Shown here piece after piece: positions 52,907-64,000 of a stretch of 64,000 nucleotides of DNA (its first letter is position 1; every line of letters starts with the position of its first letter). Source of the DNA: the human T2T-CHM13v2.0 reference genome, Homo sapiens; assembly GCF_009914755.1 (NCBI RefSeq), contig NC_060928.1, one strand, 5' to 3'. A program made the position numbers and the translations under genes. The notes beneath the pieces were generated by a model, which saw only the letters and a list, made by a program, of their open reading frames with translations, searched no databases and was not told the DNA's origin.

Positions 52907-53551
52907 GAGGCAGTATCAACAAAAGGTTATGAATAGAGTTACTGGAGTGAGACCACCTGTATTTAAATTTTGGCCCTATTACTTATTAGCTATGTAATCT
53001 CAGTATTATTTCATATATAATCTGTGTAACCTCTCTCTGGGCCTTGGTTTAATTATGTAAGATTGTACATAAATATACTTAAAAGAGGGCCTGACACATA
53101 GTAAATACTATGTAAGGGCTTGCTTTTAATGTTATTCTTTCCATATTAATCTGAAATTCAGTGGAATATCAATAAAAATTTCCAGGAAAGTCTTTTACTG
53201 ACATAAAATCAACAAGCTTCTAGTAACATTTTTAGAAATAGTTAGGACAATCCTGAAGAAGAACAATGGTTTCAGAGATGCAGTGGGTGCTTGCCCTACT
53301 TGGTCTGAAGAATTATTGCAAAGCTTGAATATATAAGATGGTAGTATACTGGTATAAATTTAGAGCAATAGCACAGTGAAAGATAAGAACATGTTTTGAA
53401 ATAGACCCATACATATGGGGCACTTGATATATGACAGAGTTAGCATTGAAATCTACTGGGGAAAGATAGATTACTCCATCAATACTCGTGGGACAAATGA
53501 TTTTTTAGGGGAAAAACCTGATGTCTTCTTTACATCATAAAAGTCAGTTCC

Positions 53552-53863
<312 letters not shown>

Positions 53864-54447
53864 TTACATTTATAGAAAAAAATTTTAGAACTTTTTAGAA
53901 GCTATAGGATAATCTCTTAATAGCTCTAGCATAAGTAAAGTTATCCTGCACAACACACAAAACACAAAAAACATTCAGTAAAAGACTGATAAGTTCAAAT
54001 ATAAAAATTAAGATTTAAGGAATCTTATGAAAACAAGAAGGAAGTGAAACTAGAAGCTACAAATTGATATACAAAATTTCAACACATAAAATAGGATATT
54101 AGAATCTAGATTAACAACAACAACAACAAAACTTTCCTAAAAATCAATAAATAAACACAAATAATACAATAGAAAAAAGAGCAAGAGACCTGAAGTTTAA
54201 TTTCATGAGTAGGAAACAAGAATAACTCTTAAACCTATGGAAAAACATTAAACCTCACTAGTAATCAGAAAAATATTAGTGAAAACTACAACTAGAAGAC
54301 ATACTTGATGCCTATAAGTTAGCAATAAACAAAATATGTTGCAATAAAAATCGCCGATGAGGCTTTTAGTTACTGTGGGTGGAATATACACTGAAAAAAC
54401 TACTTGGCAAAACCCTTTGAGATGATATTGTATGGTTTAAGCTGAAA

Positions 54448-55017
54448 GTGGTAGGTAGACTCTAAGGCAGCTCCCAGTGCATCCCTCCTCCTGGTATTTA
54501 TGCCCTTGTGTAAGTTTCCTTCCCTGGAGTGTGGATAGGACCTGTGACAGGCTTCTAACCAATCGAATATGGCAAACGTGATGGGTCGTCACTTCTGTGA
54601 ATAGATTACATAAAATCTGCCTTCCAAGTTGTTCACAGATGCTCTTTCTTGCTGGCTTTGATGATGCAAGCTGCCATGCTCATGCTGTGAGTTGCCCTAT
54701 GCTAAAGACCATATGACAAGGAACTCAGAACAGACAGTCTACAAGAAAATGAGGCCTTCAGTCCAACAACCCACAAGAAATTGAATCCCATCAAAAACCA
54801 CATGAGTTTGGAAGCAGATTCTTCCTCAGTGGAACAGTCCAGTGAGACACCCACTCTGGCCAATGCCTTGTCTGCAGCCTTATGAAAGACCCTGGAGGTG
54901 AGGATCCCACTTGTATACAGATTCCTGACCCAAGAAACAGTGAGATAATAAATGTGTGTGGTTTTATGTTGCTAAGTTGGTGGTAACATTGTTACATAGA
55001 AACGGATAACCAATACA
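54448..55017 (+). mobile_element. MLT1E/F-like solo LTR
   Basis: gtggtagg.agactctaag...ctcctggtatt.atgcccttgtgtaa...gagataataaatgtgtgt.gtttta...gataac.aataca. Confidence 0.85.
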
Positions 55018-56358
55018 ACAAATTTCCTATAATTCAGCAATTCCATTCAACTAGAAACCCTCAAGAAAGTCTTACACTTCTCCAGGAGACATATACAAAA
55101 ATATACATTACAGTATTATTTGTAAAATACAGCTGTAAACATTTGAGTCTAAACATAGGATAATGGATACATAAATTTTGATATGCATATTATCAAATAC
55201 TAAAAAGTGTCAAAATAAATGAACTACAGTCACACACATGAACCTGGATGAAGTTCACAAATACAGTGTTGAGCAAGACAAGAAAGACACTGAAGAATAC
55301 AAACAATGATTTCATATGGAGTTCAAACAGTGCAAAACTAAACAATATGTTGTTTGGGGATGCACACTTTTGTGAAAGGTAATTGTAAACATAGAATTGA
55401 AATAATTGTTATTTTGGGGTGGGTTATTATAGGAATTAATATTTCTGTAGAAATTTGATTGAAGAGGGGCACATAGTAGCCTTAAGAGCTATAGATAGCG
55501 TTCTATTTCTTAAACAGGATTAGTGGGTACCCTGATTTTTAAGAAAACTATTCTTTATGTCTTAACATATATTTTATATATGTTCTTTTATCTGTATAAA
55601 ATATTGCACAATACAAATAGATTCAAGACTGTTCCTATTGTTAAAAAATTTATAGAGAACTATATTAGGAGGGGCCTTTTCTTTGACTTAACTACAACAT
55701 AGCTCTAAATACTCAAAAAATTTATAGATTCTTGGCTGTCCTATCAGGTACTTAGGGTTAGTGAATACCTTTATCTTCTAGTCTAGAGACAAGGCTTAGG
55801 AACTTAGTATCTGCTAGACTTTTAGGGGCTTTTCCAGGTTACTTTTAGTTGTTTTTTTTTTTTTTTTCCTGAAACAATTACTAAAAAGGAGAAATGAGAG
55901 CATACAATATATATCTAATAGGAACTTGAGGTAGAGACAACTGGAAAGAGGTCATACAGGACAGATACAGACTTGAATGGCACGAACACTAAGGTTCAGG
56001 AAATAAAAAAAAAAACTTAATCAGGTTAAATAAGACCCAATCATTTATAATACAATTGTAGAACACCAGAGGAAAAAGAGATCTGAAAAGTAACCAGAGA
56101 GAAAAATCAGATTACTTACAAATAACTCTTGTTAGAATGAGAGCTGTTTCATGGTAGCAACAATAGAAGTTAGAAGGCAACAGAATACCTTCTCAAAGAA
56201 CAGTCTCCAGATTCCTGGAGAATGAAACACTACATATTATTATGTTTAATTATAAGCCCAAGTCAAGAAGCTTCTGGTAGAAAACACTGGAGAGAGTAAG
56301 ATTCAGAGAGCACTTGATTGACATTTATGACCCACTATTTAAGATCATAAAAGCAGCA

Positions 56359-56859
56359 TGTTTGTTTCTTATTGCTATTAAAAAATTATCACAAATTTAG
56401 TGGCTTAAAACAACAAAAATGTATTATCTAACAGCTTTGGAGGTCAGAAATCTAAAATAGGCTTTACTGGGCTAAATTCAAAGTATTGGACCATATTCCT
56501 TCTGGAAGCTCTACAAGACAATCTGTTTGCTTGCCCTTTTGTGCTTCTAGGGGTTGCCTGTATTCCATGAGTCGCAGCCCCTTCCTCTATCTTCAAAGCC
56601 AGCAATGCCTGGTTGAAATTTCCTGGTGCCCTGTCATTCTGATACTCCTCCAATGTAATAAAATCTCACTGTGCCTTCCTCTTATAAGAACATTTGTGAT
56701 TATACTGGGCCTACCTGGATAATCCAGGATAATCTCCCATCTCAAAATCCTTAAATTAATCCCATCTGCAAAGTCCCTTTTACTATGTAAGACAACATGT
56801 TCACAGATTCTAGGGATTCAGACATTGAAATCTTTGGGGGCCATGATTCGGTCTAACAC
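56359..56859 (-). mobile_element. MLT1C/D solo LTR
   Basis: cacaaatttagtggcttaaaacaac; ggataatccaggataatctccc; catctgcaaagtcccttt. Confidence 0.85.
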
Positions 56860-57547
56860 AAGCAGACAGAAACCTTTAAGATCAGTATGTCTAACCCAGC
56901 TATATTACAATGTGAGGAATGATAGATTGTCAGAGAATCAGGGTGCATTAGTTTCTTCCCTGTCACTAAAAACTATAGAAGTATAGTGACCTTGGGGAGG
57001 TCCCTTCACTCCTCTGAACCTCTGATCTTTCCTCCTTTCCTTCCTATATTAATTCAGTAAATATTTCTTGAGTCATTCCTCTATGCTAGGTGCTATTGTA
57101 GGCTTTGTAAAATGGTACTTTTTCTTATTCTAAATGAATGAGAAATAATATATATGCTTAAAGCATTCAGTAAGGTGTCTGGCATATAGTGAAAACTTAA
57201 TAAATGAAAACTGTAATTATGATTCTGAATTGAAATAGAGAATTAAGATATTTAAATTGCAACTATGTCTTTAGAAGTTGAGTCCAAGAGGGTAAACATT
57301 TGCATGGCATGCATTTTTGCATAGCATCTACTGTGTGCATTGTGCTAGGCATTGGCAATACAAAGATGAGAAAGCCTTGGTCCCTGCTTTTAAAGAGGAT
57401 GCATGCACACAAGTAACTCTATACAAGGTAGAGAGTCATAATTTTGTGGTAGAAGTACAGAGGAACTGTCATAGGAGCACAGAGATGAAATCGCATAAGC
57501 AGAACCCCAGACTGAGCCTGATCTGACTCCAAGAGGTAGAATTCTTC

Positions 57548-58186
57548 ATTTTATTTTTTATTTTGTTATAATTTCAACTTTTATTTTAGATTCGGGGTAC
57601 ACGTGCAGGATTGTTCCATGGGTATACTGCATGATGCTGAGATTTGCAGTACAAATGATCCTGTCATCCAAATAGGGAGCATAGTACCCGATAGGTAGTT
57701 TTTCAACCCTTGCCAGCTTTCTTCTCTCTCCCCTCTAGTAGGTCCTAGTGTCTATTGTTCCCATCTTTATGCCCATGTGAACCCAATATTTAGCTCCCGC
57801 TTACAAGTGAGAACATGTGGTATCTGGCTTTCTGTTCCTGCATTAATTTACTTAGGATAGTGACCTCAAGCCACATCCATATTGTGGCAAAGGACATGAT
57901 TTCATTTTTCTTATGGTTGTGTAGTATTTCATGGTGTATATATACCACATTTTCTTTATCCAGTCCACCACTGATGGGCACTTAGGTTGATTCCATGTCT
58001 TTGCTATTGTGAATAGTGCTGCAATGAACATACAAATGTATGGTTTTTTTTTGGTAGAACCGTTTATCTTCCTTTGAGTATATACTCAGTAATGGGACTG
58101 CTGGGTCAAACAATAGGTCTGTTTCAAATTCTTTGAGAAATCTCCAAACTGCCTCCCACAGTGACTAAACTAATTTGCATTCCACA
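57548..58186 (-). mobile_element. 5'-truncated L1 (L1PA16/L1PB-like) 3' end
   Basis: L1 3'UTR and ORF2 end (EIMSFATIWMWLEVTILSKLMQEQK...HMFSLVSGS). Degenerate TSD aagaggtagaattcttc/aaaaggtgaaatttttc. Confidence 0.88.
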
Positions 58187-58558
58187 AAAGGTGAAATTTT
58201 TCTCCTTATAAATGAATCCCAGTTACAGGAAAGGCCAGTCAAGCTGAGGGCTCCACATACCCTTTGTCTTTTATGCTCTTGCCACTCCCCAGCCTCACTG
58301 GGGTTGGCTTTCCCATTACCACAATGCTGGCATGTGTGGAATTACCCTCGTTTTGTGCTTTGCTTGTGCTATTCCTCTTTCTGTATATTTTTAGATCCTT
58401 ACATCAGGGGAGTTCCCTCTGCCCTTTGAAATTTAGATCCAGGTGACTGAAGTCCTATTTTTATATTCACTGGGAAGTTCAGTTCTCTTCCACAGGTCTT
58501 TACTCTATGGTGACTTCTGGCTCTGAACACCTTCCTCAGCTGAACTCCGTGTATATAT

Positions 58559-58686
58559 ATTTTTTTGTTTTGAGACAGGGTCTTGCCATGTTGGCCAGAG
58601 TGGTCTTGAACTCCTGGGCTCAAGCAATCCTTTTGCTTCAGTCTCTTGAGTAGCTGGGATTACAGGCTTAAGCCACCATGGCCAGC
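58559..58686 (-). mobile_element. FLAM (Alu left monomer)
   Basis: gagacagggtcttgccatgttggccag..tggtcttgaactcctgggctcaagcaatcc. Confidence 0.85.
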
Positions 58687-59809
58687 TTCTATATTATTTT
58701 TGTCTCACTTTCCATGGTAGTTTCTCTCTCTTTTCCATGACACACCACATATGGAATTGTTTTTGTTCTTTTTCCATGGATTTTTCTCTAAACTACTAGG
58801 CGTTCGTGCTTGAAATAGATGATTATTTGCTTTCATTTATATTTTTTTCCCCACTTAACTTGTGAGTAACTCTGGGGAGGGACTAAATTTTACTTTGTAT
58901 AAAACCAATGTGTTATTTATGCCTGGTCCAAAGTGACTATGAATTGACGATTGTTGAATGAATGCATTCTTGCAGTATTGATGCAGTACCTTAAAACAAT
59001 TAGAAGGCATGCAGAATTGAATGGACTTCTTTTCTCAAAACTCAGGGTTTCTCACATTTAAGCCTGCCCCAAGAAGGAAGCCTTGCCTGTTTTCTTTGTC
59101 CTTTAGGCCCATTTGTATTTATTTAATAAAATATTTGTCAGGAACTTTATATGTGTTACCTCCCACCATCCTTAAAACAACCTGATCATGTGAATATTAG
59201 TATCCCCATTTCAAAGATGTCAAAACTGAGGCTAAATAACTTGTTCAAAATCATATAGTTAGAGAATGGTAGAACAAGGATTCAAACTCAGACCTGTCTG
59301 ACTTTAAAGAGCAGCCTATTCCATTGCATTCCATTCTTCACTTGCCTGAGTTGTGCAGCCGAGATGTGATCACTTGGCTTTCTTTGGGGAGTAGCCTGGG
59401 GGATGACGAGGGTCAGTTATGACACTGCCAGAGGGCTGGTGCCATCACGTTCAAGAGTTCATGATGACTGCTGCTGTCAAGATGATCTGTGACCACTTTG
59501 AGCAGAGGCCTGGCTGCTGACTGCCTCTTGGGTTAGCAGAATGTATTTTTTTTCCTAAAATAATCCAGTAAGCCTGGTTGCTTGAAGTAGTGCTTTGGTC
59601 TGTCTTTATAGCCTTCCTTCTGTCTGCCTTGCTTACAGCTGCCTACTCTCACTTGCCATTCAGTGATATTTTAGACATCCCACAGTGACTACCTGGAGGA
59701 TACTGACAGCCTTTTCACTGGCAAATGCTCCTGACATATTGACTGTTCTGGAGGCGATCTTAACTAATGTTTCATGATACTAATGAAATTGTTCCTGCTT
59801 GAATGATTG

Positions 59810-60545
59810 GAATTGCATTATTGGAAGATTAATCTGGCAGGCTTGGGAAGGATAGATGGGAGTGGGGAGAGATAGCAAGTAGACAAACCAATTAGGAAAG
59901 CATTGCAACTGTCTGGGAGAGAATAGATCAGAGCCTGAACTAGAGTAGCAGCAGACACAAAATAAAAGGCAAATGCAAAAGACTCTGGGGACGTAACTGA
60001 GGTGATAGTTGGAACTGTTCCATATCTCTCAAGCATACAGAAGTCAGGGCATTGCTACTGCCTTATCTCTTTACTTTGGTGTTGAATTTGATTAGGCATA
60101 AATTCAACTTAATTTAACAACTATTTGTTGAGCACAAGCTATGTGCCAGGCAGGCTCTTAGAGGCTGTGAGACCTTCTCTCAAACATCTTAGAATGTAGT
60201 AAGTGATAAAAATAAGATGGTAAAAGATACTTCACCTGAACTGGGAGAACTGAGGGAAAGCCTTATGAAGTTGTTGGTAATAGAGATGGGTTTGACAAGT
60301 GGAAATGACTTTTAACAGGCAATAATAAAGGAGGAGAGAGAAGGTATTTGGGTGGAAAGAGACTGTGTGAGGGCAAAAATGGTGTTAAATTTGCAGTACA
60401 GGTATCCACAGGAGATAAAACTGGAATCCAGGCTTTAGCCATATTTTTAAGGTGAGGAATTTTATTTCACTTAACAAGAGGGAGTCATTGAAGAGTTTTA
60501 TGCTAAGGGACAATAATATGTGCTGTATTTTAGGAAGATTAGAAT
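59810..60545 (-). mobile_element. L2 fragments
   Basis: gaagattaatctggcag; gaccaattagga.gc.attgca; tatttgttgagcac..ctatgtgccagg. Confidence 0.6.
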
Positions 60546-60929
60546 CTGGCAAGCATGAGACAGCATGCTGTTAGGAAAAAACTACCAGATGGGAAGCTGT
60601 GTACTTGGGTCCTTGGTCCAGCTATTTTATTCATTAGTTGAGCAACCTTAGATAAATTATTTAGTATCTCTGAATTAGGATTTCCTCATGAACAAGAACA
60701 GATAATAATTTCTGAGTTCCACAAAGATTATTATGAACTGATATCAAATAAGAAGTGGGTGAAAGATTTAATAAGCAAGTAAGATAAATAAAATTATTTT
60801 TAAAGATGAGAGTGAACCTAGAAAAAAATGGGAGACCAGTTTAGAGCATATGGTTGCTGTTTGAGGTAATAAAGAAATGGATAGGATCAGCTGAATTGGC
60901 AATGAAGGAAATAGACAGAAATAATTTAA

Positions 60930-61410
60930 ACTAATAGTAGCTAATACTTTCATAGTACTTAGTAAAAGATGTTCTTTCAAGCACTTTGCCTATATTAATT
61001 TAACAACCCTATGAGGTAGGAACTATTACTATCTCTACACTTTACAGAAAGTTTAAAAGTCTTTCCCAAGCTCATTCCACTGGAGAGGCTGTGATTTGAA
61101 CCCAGGTAGGTGGCTCCAGATCTTCTACTTTTACTACTATGGTACTGACTTTCAGTGTTGGATGATTTGATTAGCATGGAGCATCTGTCTTCAGTTTTGC
61201 TCTTAACACTTATGTAGAAAAGAAAATATTGTATAATGGTTAGTCTCATGAATCTGGGATCAGGCAGTTTGGATTTATATTCAAGCTCAGCTAGTTTTCT
61301 CAGGTCTCTGATCTTTGTTTTTTTCCACCTGTAAAATGGGGATTTCTTTAGTACATGACTCCTAAGTTTGTTGCAGAGATGATTTAAGATTATCTGGTGA
61401 AGCGCTTGGT
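60930..61410. mobile_element. MIR fragments
   Basis: acaaccctatgaggtagg.actatta; gatttgaacccaggt..gtggctccaga; cctgtaaaatgggg. Confidence 0.7.
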
Positions 61411-62386
61411 ACAAAATTGCCCAGTCAATTTTAGCCACGCTTATGTTTGTTTTCTGAGCTTATTTTTCAAAGCATCACTCAATTTAAGTTACACTCCTCT
61501 GGTTGATTTTTTTCTGTTGCCTTTGTGTGTACCAATTCTTCAGTATCCTTTGTATTTGGATTTCAATGACAGCTGCATTGCTCAGTACAAGCACTCCACT
61601 ACTTGTGAAGCACTGTTGTCTTTCATTGTGTGACTTCCGGTAGTGCACTTAACCTTTGTGGGTTTCAGGTAGCTCCTTCAGGAAATGTTGCATACTGCTC
61701 TGCAAAAAACTCATTTCACTGGTATGGAGTCAGGGTGGCTTAATCCTGGATGAGAAAGAGTTTCAGAAGGGTTATGAAAGTGGTCAGAGACTTTGATTCC
61801 AAGGAAGAGGAAGTGACAGATGGATTGGTTTCTCTCATTTATGGTTTTAGGCCTACAGAGAAAAAGATATTGGTCTGAAGGAAAAGCCACCTCTGGATAG
61901 TGGAAAAAGACTGGAATCACATAAACCTGAGTTTCAATCCTGCCTTTTCACTTATTGTTTGACCTTGTGACTTGACATCTCTGATCCTCAGTTCTCCCTC
62001 TTTAAAATAATAAGAATAATGATAACCTCATGAGGTTACCATGAGGATTAAATGAGCTAAAATTTAATGGGTCTGAAATGGAGTAGATACTAATGCTATG
62101 ATCAATTACCATATTTAGGCTACTGAATGAGAAAGGAAAGTATGTGATGATCATTGCATTTTCTCATATTTTTCAGAATGACTCTAAATGCCACAATATT
62201 GCCCACTTAAATGAGAAACAATTTGAAAAATTTTAGAGAACCATTTCTTTTCAAATTTATTTGGGATTACTGAGGCCATTGATCTTAACTTCAATTAAAA
62301 TAAAGTTACCTTGCAGAGATATAGCATACCAAGTGACCAACCTTAGCACCACTAATAGTGGGGCACTCTGACATGATGGGTCACCT

Positions 62387-62803
62387 TGTGTATGGAGTTG
62401 GTTCCTGCTGGTGGGTTCATGACTCTCTCTGACTTCAAGAATGGAGCCGCGGACCTTCGCGGTAACTGTCACAGCTCTTAAAGATGGCACAGACCCATGT
62501 AGCAAGGTGTATTGTGAAGAGCAAAAGGACAAAGCTTCCACAGCAAGGAAGGGGACCCGAGTGGGTTGCCGCTGCTGGTTGGGTGGCCAGCTTTTATTCC
62601 CTTATTGTCCCCTCCCATGTTCCGTTTTTGTCCTATCAGAGTGCCCTTCTTTCAATCCACCCCGCGACTGGCTACTTTTAGAATCCTGCTGATTGGTGCC
62701 TTTTACAGAGCGCTGATCTGTGCATTTTACAATCCTCTTGTAAGACAGGAAAGTTCCCCAAGTCCCCACTCGACCCAGGAAGTCTAGCTGGCCTCACCTC
62801 TCA
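62387..62803 (-). mobile_element. LTR12-family (ERV9) solo LTR, short form
   Basis: Reverse complement begins TGAGAGGTGAGGCCAGCTAGACTTCCTGGGTCGAGTGGGGACTTGG. 4-bp TSD ACCT at 62383-62386 and 62804-62807. Confidence 0.92.
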
Positions 62804-63140
62804 ACCTGATGCCATAGGAGTTCTTAGCATCACCTAGAAAGCATTCTCAATAAAAATATTTAACTTGAATTTGATCAAGCTTATATAACTCACCTCTAGT
62901 TTACAAGAAACTCAAAGGACAGAGAATTGAGAAAAATGACATGATTAGGAAACAATGTAGAATATAGAATATTCTTTAAAACAGCTGGTATGGACTTTAA
63001 AAAGTCAATGTCATGAGAAAAGAAAAGGCAGAGAAATTGTTCTAGATGTAGAGAAATCACAGAGACATGACGATTAAATGTAAGGTGTGATTTTCAACTG
63101 GAAAATAAAACAAAAGAGGTATAAAATACATTTTGAAACT

Positions 63141-63504
63141 TATATTTGTCCATTTTCATGCTGCTGATAAAGACATACCCGAGACTGGGCAATTTACAGA
63201 AAGAAAGAAGTTTATTAGACTTACAGTTCCACGTGGCCGGGGAGACCTCACAATCATGGCAGAAGGTGAAAGGCATGTCTCACATGGCAGTGGCAAGAAA
63301 GAGAATGAGAGCCAAGTGAAACAGGTTTTCCCTTATCAAACCATCAGATCTCATGAGACTTATTCACTACCACGAGAACAGTATGGGGGCAACTGGCCCC
63401 ATGATTCAGTTACCTCCCACTGGGTCCCTCCTGCAACACATGGGAATTATGGGAGTGAAATTCAAGATGAGATTTGGATGGGGACACAGAGCCATACCAT
63501 ATCA
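63141..63504 (-). mobile_element. THE1 (A/B-like) solo LTR
   Basis: catgctgctgataaagacatacccgagactggg...ggggacacagagcca.accatatca. TSD AAACT/AAGCT. Confidence 0.92.
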
Positions 63505-64000
63505 AAGCTATTGATGAAACTTGAATATTTAAAAATTAGATGTTGGAAAAAAATACTTGACATCCCACCCCCCATCCCATCCTGCCACCAATCTCTACCT
63601 CTACCCATATATTTTGATTAGTTATTCAATTACTCTGTGATGGGGCCAGGGCATCAGTAGCTAGTAAAGATTTGACGGGTGATTTTAATGAGCACAACAG
63701 CCCTAAAAATAACTCTTGCACCTGTGCGCCAGGAAACACCTAAGAAATAGCTCATAGCAGCAGTGCTTGTAATATCACAAAACAGAAACCACCCACATGT
63801 TCATCAACAATAGAATGGATCAAGTGTGCTATATTTATAAAGAAGGAAAGTGATTGCTTTAATGCCTAGGAATACTTGATGGTTAACTTTTTGTCTCCTC
63901 CCACTTGAATTCCCAGTTTTCATTTGATCCGGACTTCAGCATTAATTGTATATAATAATAAGGACATTTCTAGACATTTCTTTTGGAGATGGCCTTTACC

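Noticed and set aside
63133-63621. 162-aa ORF
   Set aside because: Read-through of the THE1 LTR, non-ATG start.

Overview
This is primate (most likely human) non-coding DNA, intronic or intergenic, and a large part of it is interspersed repeat. I find no credible host protein-coding exon, tRNA, rRNA or CRISPR array. The ORFs in the track are LINE-1 fragments, Alu/LTR read-through or noise. The main elements are a full-length minus-strand L1PA6/7-like element (35647-41868, 15-bp TSD), a ~6.2-kb L1PA15/16-like element nested inside an older L1MB-like copy, about nine Alu-family SINEs, THE1/MLT1/LTR12/LTR16/LTR33 LTRs, an ERVL internal remnant, MER2/MER47/MER5 DNA transposons, and many MIR and L2 fragments. 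Subfamily names come from remembered consensus diagnostics, not from a RepeatMasker run. The most unusual observations are two fossil local templated-copy events: an inverted ~170-bp copy of a neighbouring THE1-int segment sitting inside an Alu, and a ~150-bp direct duplication that preserves the empty pre-Alu site. Also notable are an open ORF0-like frame in the L1 antisense promoter, a compact NF-Y/E-box/CRE-like motif cluster, AG|GT recursive-splice-like motifs and a possible ancient RTE-clade LINE relic. The sequence does not support a new multi-gene system.
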